NCBI GenBank assembly: GCA_050287085.1
Contig: JBNKBE010000014.1
Coordinates: 64,001 to 128,000 of the forward strand
Length of the DNA: 64,000 nt
Direction: 5' to 3'
From: Polyangiaceae bacterium
GTDB lineage: Bacteria > Myxococcota_A > Polyangia > Polyangiales > Polyangiaceae
Part shown: positions 49,132 through 58,655 of the stretch, piece by piece
Layout: each line of letters begins with the position of its first letter
Numbering within the stretch: the first letter of the stretch is position 1
Translations under genes and position numbers: made by a program
The notes under the pieces: generated by a model
Databases searched by the model: none
Told to the model about the DNA's origin: nothing
What the model saw: the letters and a program-made list of their open reading frames with translations, nothing else

Positions 49132-49371
49132 ATGGAAAACAACAAGATGAAGATTGCCTACGTCGTGACCGAGCGCAATGGACGCAGCTTCTGGAACCGC
49201 TGCGGGGTCGCTTTCGTCAACGGCGATGGCTCGCTCAACGTCAAGCTCGAATCGATCCCCGTCAGTGGTGAGCTGCAGATTCGCGACTACGTCCCGCGCG
49301 AAGATGCCGTCCCGCCAATTCGGAACACCTACGGCCACAATGAGCCCTTCCTGGCAGAGGCTGCTGGTTAA
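49132..49371 (+). CDS. Small conserved-looking beta-rich hypothetical protein
   Basis: Strong RBS AAGAAAGGA; FWNRCGVAFVNGDGSLNVKLESIPVSGELQIR motif; 3 bp upstream of comEA. Confidence 0.8.
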   Translation: MENNKMKIAYVVTERNGRSFWNRCGVAFVNGDGSLNVKLESIPVSGELQIRDYVPREDAVPPIRNTYGHNEPFLAEAAG

Positions 49372-49374
49372 GCC

Positions 49375-50085
49375 ATGACACAACAGGCTCCAGTCCCCGA
49401 CCGTGCGGACACCTCGCCGGTGCCCAAGCCGGTTTCGGAATATGCGCAGATATGGAAGCCTCTGGTGCTCCGGGGGCTGGGGCTCGTGGTCGGAGCGTTC
49501 AGCCTCACCGCGGTTGGCTTGCTGAATGCGAGCGACGCAGGCACCGCTCTCGAGTCAGTTCAGACAAACCTGACCACCGCTGGCTGGGTTAGCGCCTCGA
49601 GCACTGCCCCACCGCGACCGAGCGCGTCGCCGGAGGCAACCGCAAACGCTATGGTAGCGACGCCCGCCTCGTCCGTTGGAGGCGACACGCCACGAAGGTC
49701 GCCGTGTGACCCCGCGACATCGGAGGGGGCGGCGCGAACCCCCACCGACTCCACAGGCACGACGCGACCGGACGAGTCTCGCAACTCGGAGGGCTCCGTC
49801 ACCGGCGCTCCGCCAACTGTAGGCATTACCGTCGACGGCAAAGTCGTACTCAACGTGGCCAGCGCCGAAGAGCTGACGCGACTTCCGGGCGTGGGGTTCA
49901 AACGAGCGACTCGCATCGTTCAACTGAGGTCGCGCCTGAAGCGCTTCCGCCACATCAGCGACTTGCTGCGCATCCGTGGGATCGGCCCAAAGAGTCTCGC
50001 CAAGATGAAACCGCACCTCATACTCGAGCCGCCACCGCAGCCCGCTGCCACCCCGGCTGACCCAACCCCGCCCACTTCCGGCTGA
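49375..50085 (+). CDS. comEA: ComEA family helix-hairpin-helix DNA-binding protein
   Basis: N-terminal TM, low-complexity linker, LNVASAEELTRLPGVG...DLLRIRGIGPKSLAKM. Confidence 0.85.
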   Translation: MTQQAPVPDRADTSPVPKPVSEYAQIWKPLVLRGLGLVVGAFSLTAVGLLNASDAGTALESVQTNLTTAGWVSASSTAPPRPSASPEATANAMVATPASSVGGDTPRRSPCDPATSEGAARTPTDSTGTTRPDESRNSEGSVTGAPPTVGITVDGKVVLNVASAEELTRLPGVGFKRATRIVQLRSRLKRFRHISDLLRIRGIGPKSLAKMKPHLILEPPPQPAATPADPTPPTSG

Positions 50086-50152
50086 GGCTTTTTGCCCGCC
50101 GATGCCAATTGTCACTCGCCCTCACACCCGTTTGTGAGTTACTTCGAGCGAT

Positions 50153-51412
50153 GTGAGTCGCAGTTTCTACGCGTTCATTGCCACCCAGTTGCTCGGTGCC
50201 TTCAACGACAATCTGTTCAAGCAGCTAATCCTCTTCCTAGCGGCAAGTATTCTCTTTCCGGGCGTCGATAAGCAAGGCCTGGCGTTTGCAGTATTCGCCC
50301 TTCCATTCGTGCTCTTCAGCGGGCTCGCCGGAGACCTGAGCGAGCGATATAGCAAACAGAAGATCATGGTGGCCATGAAGTGGCTCGAAATCGTGATCAT
50401 GCTGCTGGGGGCGGTGGCTCTCCAATCGAAGGATTGGAACCTGATGCTGCTGGTACTGTTCGTAATGGGCGCACAGTCGGCGTTTTTCGGTCCCGCCAAG
50501 TACGGTGCGATTCCGGAAATGGTCAAACCGAAGGACCTCATCCGTGCCAACGGCGCGGTAACGATGACGACGTTCATTGCGGTGCTTGCTGGTGGGGCCT
50601 TGGCAGGACCACTGCTCGACCGGATCGGCGACCGTCTGTGGCTGAGCGGCGTCGCGTGCATCGGGCTCGCGGTATTGGGTACGTTCACTGCCTCGCGCAT
50701 TCAGCCGCTATCGGCAACCCGGCCGAACCACGTGGTAGCCACTAGCATCAGTCCACTGACCTGGCCGGCGGCGCTATTTTCAGGCCTCGCCTCGACGATT
50801 CGCAGGCTCTCGCGACGCCAGGGGTTGATGAGTATCGTCTTGCTGAACTCCCTGTACTACTTCAACGCGGGCGTCTTCAATCAAGCGGTTGTCGGCATGG
50901 GTGCCCCCGAGCTTCTCGACATCGGCGCTGGCAATCAGAAGCAACTTTCGGCCATTCTAGCGACACTATCGGTCTCGGTGGCAGTGGGTGCAGTCCTGAC
51001 GCCAGCACTGGCAAAACGCATTGCACCTGGCCGTTTGGTGATCGGGGGGGCGCTCCTCATGGCGCTAGCTCAAGGCTTGATGAATCTGGTGGCCACGGTC
51101 GTCACGAAAGACGCGGGCGCACTGCTGCTGATGCATCTGTGTGCTGCGACAACGGGGTTATTTGGCGCGGTGGTCGTTGTTCCCCTCGCGTCCTATCTGC
51201 AGTTCGCCCCGGAACCGGGCATGCGAGGCATGACGTTCGGGGTTACCAATTTCTTCAACTTCCTCTGCCTATTCCTCGCGGGGCTCTTCTACTTGGTGTT
51301 GCGAGGCATGTTGGGCATCAGCCCCGCGATCGTACAAAGCGCAAGCGCCGTGTTCCTCATCGCAGGACTCGGCGCGTGGCGCCGTCGTATCAGCGCCATC
51401 AACTTTGCTTGA
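50153..51412 (+). CDS. MFS transporter (LplT/Aas-associated type)
   Basis: TQLLGAFNDNLFK, LPFVLFSGLAG, QSAFFGPAKYGAIPE; about 12 TM. Confidence 0.88.
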   Translation: MSRSFYAFIATQLLGAFNDNLFKQLILFLAASILFPGVDKQGLAFAVFALPFVLFSGLAGDLSERYSKQKIMVAMKWLEIVIMLLGAVALQSKDWNLMLLVLFVMGAQSAFFGPAKYGAIPEMVKPKDLIRANGAVTMTTFIAVLAGGALAGPLLDRIGDRLWLSGVACIGLAVLGTFTASRIQPLSATRPNHVVATSISPLTWPAALFSGLASTIRRLSRRQGLMSIVLLNSLYYFNAGVFNQAVVGMGAPELLDIGAGNQKQLSAILATLSVSVAVGAVLTPALAKRIAPGRLVIGGALLMALAQGLMNLVATVVTKDAGALLLMHLCAATTGLFGAVVVVPLASYLQFAPEPGMRGMTFGVTNFFNFLCLFLAGLFYLVLRGMLGISPAIVQSASAVFLIAGLGAWRRRISAINFA

Positions 51413-51482
51413 GCCCCTGCGCGTCTGAAAAAGCGCCTTCGAGGCTCAAGCCGTTCTCCGTTTGACGGGCGTCGATGTGCGC

Positions 51483-51533
51483 GCTGCGCCGTGCTTGCCG
51501 CTGCGCCGCGCTCGCCGCTGCGCCGTGCTTGCG
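51483..51533. repeat. 3 x 17-bp tandem repeat between convergent genes
   Basis: GCTGCGCCGTGCTTGCC / GCTGCGCCGCGCTCGCC / GCTGCGCCGTGCTTGCG. Confidence 0.8.
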
Positions 51534-51543
51534 CCTGGGAAGC

Positions 51544-52809
51544 TCAATCTCGCAAGATCAGTTGATCCCGCTCTGGCCCCACAGAAACGAAGCGAATGGG
51601 ACACCCGATGAGCTCTTCGATGCGAAGAACGTACGCCTGTGCTTCGCTCGGCAGCGCGGCAAAGTCTCGACAAGCCGTAATGTCGGCGTCCCAACCCGGC
51701 ATCGCTTCATAAACCGGCTCGGCACGCTGGAGCTCGCTCGTAAGCGGAAACGTCGTCGCTTCCGTCTCGCCCACGCGATACGCGTGACAGATCTTCAACT
51801 CGCGTCGCCCGGACAAGCTGTCCAGTTTCGTGAGTGCCACCTCTGTGGCGCCTTGGACTTGTACGCCGTAACGTGACGCCACCGCATCAAAGTGCCCGAT
51901 CGAGCGCGGGCGCCCCGTCGTCGCGCCGTATTCCTGGGCCGTCTCACGAAGATCGCTCGCTTCGCTTTCGTCCATACGCGCAACAAAAGGTCCTTCACCA
52001 ACACAGGTAGAAAACGCCTTCATCACACCCACGACGCGATCAACACCGTGTCCGAACAAGCCTGCGCCGATAGGCGCAAACTCGGCGAGACAACACGACG
52101 ATGTCGTGTAGGGGTAGATGCCGTAGTGGATGTCGCGCAGGGCGCCCAGCTGAGCCTCCAGCAGGATATCCTTGCCCTCGCGTGCCGCCGAAGTGAGCAG
52201 CTGCGTCGTGTTGGTGATTCGATTTCCGATACGCGCCAGCTGCTCTCGAGCCCAAGCCGCCGTTTCTTCGACGCTCACCGCTGGCTGGCCATAGATGTTG
52301 ACGATACGAAGATTGGCCCATTCGACAGCAGCCGCCACGGCCGCCTCAGGATCGCGCACGAGCTCACCCAGCAGCACCCCCTTCTTCAGGTAGAAGTCGC
52401 CATAGGCGGGCGCTATTCCGTTTTTGGTCGAACCGTATTTGCGATCCGCAAGGCGCGCTTCTTCGAGGCTATCAAGCTGCTTGTGATAGGGAAAGCAGAC
52501 CGTGGCTCGCTCGGAAACGACGAGGTTTTCGGTGCTCACGCCCCTCGCCTCCAACTCCTCCAACTCGGCGGCTAGACCCGCCAAGTCGATGACCACGCCT
52601 GGACCGAGCACGTTCAGCACGTCCTTGCGAAAGATCCCCGAGGGCACCAAGTGCAACGCGAACTTGCCCGCCTCATTGACAACGGTGTGTCCGGCGTTGT
52701 TGCCCCCCTGGTAGCGAACGACCACCGAGGCGTGGCGACTGAGGTAGTCCACCATCCGACCTTTGCCCTCGTCACCCCAGTTCACTCCACACACGACTGT
52801 CACTGACAT
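51544..52809 (-). CDS. purA: Adenylosuccinate synthetase
   Basis: WGDEGKG, RYQGGNNAGHT, LHLVPSG, YGIYPYTTSS, EYGATTGRPR, SVGPER; AGGAG RBS. Confidence 0.98.
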   Translation of the reverse strand: MSVTVVCGVNWGDEGKGRMVDYLSRHASVVVRYQGGNNAGHTVVNEAGKFALHLVPSGIFRKDVLNVLGPGVVIDLAGLAAELEELEARGVSTENLVVSERATVCFPYHKQLDSLEEARLADRKYGSTKNGIAPAYGDFYLKKGVLLGELVRDPEAAVAAAVEWANLRIVNIYGQPAVSVEETAAWAREQLARIGNRITNTTQLLTSAAREGKDILLEAQLGALRDIHYGIYPYTTSSCCLAEFAPIGAGLFGHGVDRVVGVMKAFSTCVGEGPFVARMDESEASDLRETAQEYGATTGRPRSIGHFDAVASRYGVQVQGATEVALTKLDSLSGRRELKICHAYRVGETEATTFPLTSELQRAEPVYEAMPGWDADITACRDFAALPSEAQAYVLRIEELIGCPIRFVSVGPERDQLILRD

Positions 52810-53284
52810 GGTATTAAGCTCCTAGCATCGCCCAGCCGGTTCACTGGCCGGGCACAAACGGCGCGGACGCTATCACGGGGCCACCTGGGCTGGGCGGATA
52901 AACAACCGCTTCTCCTCGCCACCCGGCCCGTGCGCCCGTCGCTCTCGCAAGCGGTCAGCCGCCCATCCACCCAACGGCGCGGTTGCGGCGTAGTCTGCGT
53001 GCGGTCTCAGGGCGCACAGTGACACTGAATTCGAACGGTGCGCCGGTTATGCCCACGCATACCTGATGCAACAAGGCTATCGGGACGCTCCGCTAGCACC
53101 ATCCATGAGACAAGGTAGAGCCCGCTGCCCCCCTGGGAGCGCGCCACTTCGGGTCAACCCCAACAATCTCCACCTGACGACTTGTTCTGAAATTCGTCCA
53201 ATGCTCCTATGGGAAAGGCCTGGAAATGCCGTAATGCATGCGCGCACTGCGGCTTCCGTTCTAGACTCGCAAATAGATAGACCA

Positions 53285-54175
53285 ATGGACCGCGTCGACA
53301 CCCCTCCTGATCTCGAGCATCTTCTCGCGCTTGGGCTCGAGCACTACGGACGACGAGAGATCGCAGAAGCCATCACTTGTTGGCGCCGAGTTCTCGCTAT
53401 CGATCCAACCCATGCCGGAGCGCGTGACTACCTGGAAGCCGCCGGCGCGGACCCTGAACGGGGCATCCCCTCGGGGACACGCCACGCAGGTCAGGTAATT
53501 CATATCGAAACGGCTAGGGCACAACGGGGAGAAGGCAACGATGGCAAACGTGGTCGAGCCGTCGATGCCCCGGAGAGATCCGTGCATCCGGATGGTCCTG
53601 CGGCGCAGCGCGAGCTCGAGCAGTTGCTTGCGAACCGTAGGTTCGAGGAGGCCCTCACGCATCTGTACGCGGCCCGCAGCCGCCACCCGAATACGGCGTC
53701 CATTTCGCGAGGGATCCGGCTGGTCCGGGAAAAGCTGATCTCGATGTACGCTCAGAAGCTCGGAAGCCTCGATGTAGTGCCGCGCCGTACCGCGCGTGCC
53801 GCAGCCGAGGTCGACTGCGACTCGCTGCAGGTGCTTCCTCTTGTCGATGGCATTTCCTCATTTGAGGATATTCTTGCATCTTGTACATTGGGGCGCTGGG
53901 CCGCGCTCCGAACGCTCTGCCAGCTCCGGGAGCGCGGCGCCCTCACCTGTGCACCCGAGATACGCCCCATGCCTGCGCTGGTCCCCGCGAGTTCCAGACG
54001 GCCGAGCACCCCGCCGAACGACTACGAAGTCCGATTTCAAGCCGCAACGCGCGCATACTTAGCGCGCGACTACGACCTGGCCGTACGCCTATTTGAAGAA
54101 TGCGTCGCCATGAACCCTGCAGATACGCGAGCGCGGTATAACCTGCAGGCGTTGCAACGCCGCAAGAGGAGCTGA
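53285..54175 (+). CDS. TPR protein with central winged-helix-like domain
   Basis: N- and C-terminal TPRs (AITCWRRVLAIDP; AVRLFEECVAMNP); VLPLVDGISSFEDIL...LCQLRERGAL resembles the wHTH of DUF4388-type proteins. Start ATG 53285 (ORF opens at 53066). Confidence 0.75.
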   Translation: MDRVDTPPDLEHLLALGLEHYGRREIAEAITCWRRVLAIDPTHAGARDYLEAAGADPERGIPSGTRHAGQVIHIETARAQRGEGNDGKRGRAVDAPERSVHPDGPAAQRELEQLLANRRFEEALTHLYAARSRHPNTASISRGIRLVREKLISMYAQKLGSLDVVPRRTARAAAEVDCDSLQVLPLVDGISSFEDILASCTLGRWAALRTLCQLRERGALTCAPEIRPMPALVPASSRRPSTPPNDYEVRFQAATRAYLARDYDLAVRLFEECVAMNPADTRARYNLQALQRRKRS

Positions 54176-54981
54176 TGAAGGTACTTGCTGTTGTCAGTCA
54201 GAAGGGGGGCGTCGGGAAGACGACGCTTGCCCTAAACGTCGCGTATGCGTTGGCCAACCGTGGACTTCGAACAATCCTGATGGATACCGATCCCCAGGGT
54301 GCTGTCGGGTTATCCTTGGACAACATTTCCGCCTCCGAAGGGACCGTCGGCTGTATCCTACGCAGCGCACCGCCGCGAGCCGCGCTGCTGACCACGCGGC
54401 TACCGGAGCTGAGCATTCTTCCCTTTGGCAATGCGACCCCCGGAGAGGCGGCGAAGTTTCATAGCCAAGTCGAGGACGGGGGGGCGCTCACGCAACTGGT
54501 CGCGAGCGTCGCTGACAAGGCGGATGTCGTGATCATCGATACCCCGTCCGGTCTTTCAGGCAGTACGCTCGGTGCCCTGCGAACGGCTGACAGCGCGATA
54601 TCGCCGCTGCAGGCCGAACCGCTTGCGATGCGCAGCCTTCCTCAGCTGCTTGGAACCATTGCGGAACTACGGGAGAGCGGTCACCGTATTGAGTTGGTTG
54701 GTCTGGTGCTCAGCATGCTTCAGCAGCGCCAAGAGTCTTCTCTCTCTGTGGCCGAAGAGGCGTGGAAGCGACTACCGGGCGACCTTGTGTTGGAAACGAC
54801 GCTGCCACGCGATCCAAGCGTGCTCGACGCCAGCGCACTAGGACTGCCGCTGGGGCTCGTGAGCCGTCTGCGCCCCCCGCCCATCGCTCTGGTTTTCGAA
54901 CAGTTGGCCCTCGAATTGATACCGCGCCTGGAGCTTGCTCCGAACGGTGCTGAGGAGGCCCCAGTTGGCCTTTTTGCCTGA
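54175..54981 (+). CDS. ParA/MinD family ATPase (orphan, no parB)
   Basis: Deviant Walker A SQKGGVGKTT, DTDPQG, Walker B VIIDTP, PLQAEPLA; TGATG coupling to the upstream gene. Confidence 0.95.
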   Translation: MKVLAVVSQKGGVGKTTLALNVAYALANRGLRTILMDTDPQGAVGLSLDNISASEGTVGCILRSAPPRAALLTTRLPELSILPFGNATPGEAAKFHSQVEDGGALTQLVASVADKADVVIIDTPSGLSGSTLGALRTADSAISPLQAEPLAMRSLPQLLGTIAELRESGHRIELVGLVLSMLQQRQESSLSVAEEAWKRLPGDLVLETTLPRDPSVLDASALGLPLGLVSRLRPPPIALVFEQLALELIPRLELAPNGAEEAPVGLFA

Positions 54982-55540
54982 CGATCCCACTCTTAAACGG
55001 GTTCTCCAGCGGCTTCGCGCGCCAGCCGGCCCTGGCAAGCCACCTCGCTCCAGGGCCGACGACGAGGGCAACGCCCCGGAAGTTGCTCTCTCCCGCTCCG
55101 TGAGCGACACGCCTCCGTCGGCACAAGTGGCTCCCCCTCCCTCCCTCTTTCCGTTGGCTGACCTTTCGGCGCGTTTGGAGTCCGCAAGCAGTATGGAAGG
55201 ACGCCTGTCCGTGGTGGCGGAATGGCTGGAACAGAGCACCGACGCCAACGCAGCGTTCATCGCGGACGCCGAGGGACTGCCGCTGACCGAAACACGCGCG
55301 ACCGACCAAGTGGTGGCAGCGGCGGGAGCTGTACGCGAGGCCTTGGCTGGACTGCGGTCGATGATCCCTGATGCCGGTGCTGGCGTTATTCGCATGGAAT
55401 TGGGCGACGGAAACAAACTGGAACTATGCGAGTTCCGCTCCCCCTTGGGCACCCTATTTGTTGGACTGATCGGGGCCAGACGGAACCTCGATGAATGGCA
55501 GACCTGGTTAGGTCGAGCCTTCTCGCTCGCCGTCGGCTGA
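54965..55540 (+). CDS. Roadblock/LC7-like domain protein with Pro-rich N-terminus
   Basis: AAFIADAEGLPL hairpin typical of Roadblock folds; GAGGAGG RBS before TTG 54965; overlaps the parA stop. Confidence 0.6.
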   Translation: MAFLPDDPTLKRVLQRLRAPAGPGKPPRSRADDEGNAPEVALSRSVSDTPPSAQVAPPPSLFPLADLSARLESASSMEGRLSVVAEWLEQSTDANAAFIADAEGLPLTETRATDQVVAAAGAVREALAGLRSMIPDAGAGVIRMELGDGNKLELCEFRSPLGTLFVGLIGARRNLDEWQTWLGRAFSLAVG

Positions 55541-55541
55541 C

Positions 55542-56156
55542 GTGAGCGAGCGGAACACTGGAGGAGAAGTGACTGTAAGCAGTGAAGCAGTATTGCACCA
55601 AGCCCTTGAGGCCGTGCCATCTTTGAAGGCGGTCTTCGTAACGGCGATGCCCGACTGTCTGCTCTTCCTTTCCTGGGAGCGAGACGGACAAGGCACAGCG
55701 GCAGAGGACATCGCAGCGTATTTTGGTGATTTGATCCGAGCCAATCGTCAGGGCCTCAAAGCTCTGGGCACCTGGTCGGAAGAGATGCACGTCACCATCG
55801 AGGCCGACCAAGCACTCGTCGTCTTGCGCGAGCTCGGAACGGATTTCGTCGTAAGCTTCGTATTCGATCGCGCCTCTCCCCTCGGTATGATCCGACTGAA
55901 TGTGAGGCAGCTGGTGACGTTGATGCATAGCCACCTGCCCAAGGTCGAAGCAACAGAACGTCCGCGAGCCATCCGAGTGATCGAGTTCCTTCTGCGCTAC
56001 GCACCTGACCCTCACATGGCGCTGCAGCGTGTCGCGCTCAGAACCGGAGTCGAGTTGGAACGACTGGAACGCCCAGAAGGCCTTGAAAGCGACGAAACCT
56101 CACTGATCGAGCAGGCGACCTGCGACATTCTGGGACTAGAGAGCCTAGGGCTGTAA
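55542..56156 (+). CDS. Roadblock/LC7-like domain protein with C-terminal helical domain
   Basis: alpha-beta-beta-alpha-beta-beta-beta-alpha pattern ending FVVSFVFDRASPLGMIRLNVRQL; starts 1 bp after the previous stop. Confidence 0.7.
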   Translation: MSERNTGGEVTVSSEAVLHQALEAVPSLKAVFVTAMPDCLLFLSWERDGQGTAAEDIAAYFGDLIRANRQGLKALGTWSEEMHVTIEADQALVVLRELGTDFVVSFVFDRASPLGMIRLNVRQLVTLMHSHLPKVEATERPRAIRVIEFLLRYAPDPHMALQRVALRTGVELERLERPEGLESDETSLIEQATCDILGLESLGL

Positions 56157-56166
56157 GGGAGAAATC

Positions 56167-57432
56167 ATGGACGCACTGGAGCTCGGTCCGCTTCGACGCT
56201 ATCTCCTCGAACAAGAGTTGATGTTCTTGGCAGGGCAACCCGCAACCTACCACTGTCACCACTACAATCTCTTCCTCGATCAAACCATCGACGATGCCCT
56301 CGGCGTGGCAGACGCGACTCGACTCAAGACTCGGGCAGCGCGGGAAGCCACTTACCCCCTCATCGCAAACGCCTGTGAGCATGTGGGTGCCTCCACGCCG
56401 GCGGAGCGAACGCAAGTGGCCACTGAGCTATTTCGACTGATGGGGCACGGCCGACTCGATGTGCTAGCCGGCCACGATCAGGGGTCGGCCAAAGGCGCGT
56501 TTCTTCATTACAGCCATTCCTGGAATGAGAAATACGGCGCTAGCGTCCGGCGTCGCCACCCCGCTGACGCTTTCGCAAGCGGATTTATCTGCGCAGCTTC
56601 TGAGGTCGCCGAGGGACTGCCTTGCGGAACTCTGTGGGCTACCGAGGAGCGCTGTGCGGCTCTCAAAGAGCCCAATTGCTCGTTTGAACTCACGCGGGAT
56701 CCAGAGCCGGAAGCGGCGCGTATCCACGTGGGAGAGGCCGAGACACAGAGCGTTGTTGGCCCCGCCGGCGACGGCGTCGGCGAAGACGTGATTCAGCCGA
56801 TCGTAGCGGGCCTGAAGGCCTTCACCGCCACGGTCAGCGGCGACGCGCGCGGACTCATTCCCGCGTTCGGCGTGTTCGCAGCGATGCAGATGACGGGCTA
56901 CTACAACCGCATCAGCTACGATGCTGTGGAAGAGGTGGCAAGAAGGTCTCCCGCATCGGTGCCGGTACTCGAATCGCTGCTGAGGGAATCCGGTCACGTC
57001 TGCGTCTATCATACCTTCGGCGGGGTACTGCTGAGCCCTGAATGGGAGTCTCTCGTGGGGCCTCCTCAGGGTTCGCCACAGGACATCGTGGTCTGGTGCA
57101 TGGCCATTGCGCGAGGCTTCGGTTTCGGGCGCTGGCAACTTGCTGAGTTCGAAGAGAACAGGCGGCTCGTATTGCGGACCTCGTCGTCCTACGAGTCCGT
57201 CTACTATCGAACGCGACACGGGCTTGCTCAACGCCCCGTTGAGTACCTGTGGCAGGGAGCAGCGGTGGCTACAGCGCAGCTCGCGCATAGCGTATCATGG
57301 AAGGACAATCCAACCTTGAACGCCGAAAGCTACCAAGAGCTGTTCAAGCGCGGCATCAAGTGGAAGGCGGAACAGACCCAGGCGATAACAGCAGGGGACC
57401 CCGTCAGCGAAATTGTCGTAACGCGCGTTTGA
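56167..57432 (+). CDS. Tandem V4R (4-vinyl reductase)-like domain protein
   Basis: Two related halves (MGHGRL / FGFGRW; ADAFASG / VEYLWQG); first half ends EERC-x7-CSF; N-terminal YHCHHYN; GGGAG RBS. Confidence 0.72.
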   Translation: MDALELGPLRRYLLEQELMFLAGQPATYHCHHYNLFLDQTIDDALGVADATRLKTRAAREATYPLIANACEHVGASTPAERTQVATELFRLMGHGRLDVLAGHDQGSAKGAFLHYSHSWNEKYGASVRRRHPADAFASGFICAASEVAEGLPCGTLWATEERCAALKEPNCSFELTRDPEPEAARIHVGEAETQSVVGPAGDGVGEDVIQPIVAGLKAFTATVSGDARGLIPAFGVFAAMQMTGYYNRISYDAVEEVARRSPASVPVLESLLRESGHVCVYHTFGGVLLSPEWESLVGPPQGSPQDIVVWCMAIARGFGFGRWQLAEFEENRRLVLRTSSSYESVYYRTRHGLAQRPVEYLWQGAAVATAQLAHSVSWKDNPTLNAESYQELFKRGIKWKAEQTQAITAGDPVSEIVVTRV

Positions 57433-57448
57433 ACTGAGCGACACCGCC

Positions 57449-57811
57449 ATGGACGCTAGGTCACCCGGAGATAGCGACGACACCGACGTCCCGGACGACA
57501 CCTGCGTCGCTTTTCGACTGGGGCGAAGTTGCTATCGGGCGCTGAGCTGGGAGGCTCATCTCCCAGTGCTGGCGCCGGAGTCGCTCACCACGGCGCTCCG
57601 GCTCGCGGGGTTTGCTCCCGTGCAAGCCCCCGCTTTCGGTGACAAGCTCCTGCAGTTCGAGACCGAAGCCGGGCACCGTCTGTTGTGGGTGCCCGCCAGC
57701 GGGCGCTGCCAGCTGCGCTTGTCGTATCTTACGCTTCCCCCAGACCGTGAGGCGGTAGCCAGGCAACTCGGTCAACGCCTGGGCCAAGTCATTGCCGAAG
57801 CGTCAGCGTAG
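57449..57811 (+). CDS. Small hypothetical protein, last gene of the ParA/Roadblock/V4R operon
   Basis: ATG 16 bp after the V4R gene stop, same strand. Confidence 0.55.
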   Translation: MDARSPGDSDDTDVPDDTCVAFRLGRSCYRALSWEAHLPVLAPESLTTALRLAGFAPVQAPAFGDKLLQFETEAGHRLLWVPASGRCQLRLSYLTLPPDREAVARQLGQRLGQVIAEASA

Positions 57812-57832
57812 TCCCGTTAGCGCCCCCTTGAT

Positions 57833-58570
57833 TCACTGAGCCTGCGCATCATTCGGCAGGGGTTTGAGCGCATCGCCGCTGTCCTGCTCGCCCCCCTCCC
57901 CTGACGGCCGCTCTGGGGACGGCCCAGCAGAGGGCACCGCGAGAGGTGTTGACCCCGCGGCGGCAGGCCCCTGAAGCTCGACCGCTGGAGCAGGATGCTC
58001 AGACCAAGGCGACGGCGGCGATAACAAGCCCGAGGCGATATCCCTTGGGGGCTCCGTCGGGCCCAGCCCAGGCCAAGGTGCAAGCAGCGTGGGTTGCTCG
58101 ATCGAGGGCTCGCTCACCTCGCGTCGCGGCACTGAGCCCTCCGAACGGTGCGCCGCACTGTGTTCAGCTATAAGCAGCAAGCGACGCACGTGCACGCGGT
58201 ATTCGTCCTGGGAGATGTCACCGTTGCCCAACGCCTCACAGAGATGAAAGAACGCTACCTCCAGTCGATAGCCGACGGTCGGAGCTTCGCCGCCCGAGTC
58301 ACCCTGTCCCCGGAGAAGCGGTACACTCAGAGCACCGGTACACGTTCTGACGCCCCGGCGCCCCGAACGAACCACCGTCACATGCCCCGCCGTTTCGTTG
58401 ACGTAGACACCGTAGTGGTCAACACGAAAGGTCGGAGTCTGCGGATGACAAGCGCTGACTAGCCCAACAGCCAGACAACCAAGGACCTTGCCACCAAGGC
58501 TCCCTCGATCGCAGCCTCTCCAGAAACGGGTCTGAAACGCGGAAAGCATGTGCTTCTGTGTTAGATACAA
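57833..58570 (-). CDS. Hypothetical lipoprotein with Pro-rich tail
   Basis: Lipobox VSAC; start uncertain. Confidence 0.55.
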   Translation of the reverse strand: MYLTQKHMLSAFQTRFWRGCDRGSLGGKVLGCLAVGLVSACHPQTPTFRVDHYGVYVNETAGHVTVVRSGRRGVRTCTGALSVPLLRGQGDSGGEAPTVGYRLEVAFFHLCEALGNGDISQDEYRVHVRRLLLIAEHSAAHRSEGSVPRREVSEPSIEQPTLLAPWPGLGPTEPPRDIASGLLSPPSPWSEHPAPAVELQGPAAAGSTPLAVPSAGPSPERPSGEGGEQDSGDALKPLPNDAQAQ

Positions 58571-58610
58571 TGGCTCTGACCAGGCTTGCAGACCAGCGGC
58601 TTAGGGTCCC

Positions 58611-58655
58611 CACCGTCCGCAAGCTCACCGTCCGCAAGCTCACCGTCCGCTGGCT
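58611..58655. repeat. About 3 x 15-bp tandem repeat, intergenic
   Basis: CACCGTCCGCAAGCT x2 plus CACCGTCCGCTGGCT. Confidence 0.8.

Noticed and set aside
52810..53284. Purine or ZTP riboswitch upstream of purA
   Set aside because: Only a GC-rich hairpin near 52831-52852; conserved aptamer motifs were not found.
54175..54981. Chromosome/plasmid partition locus or integrated element
   Set aside because: No parB, parS-like palindrome, rep gene, integrase or compositional shift; flanked by purA and ppc.
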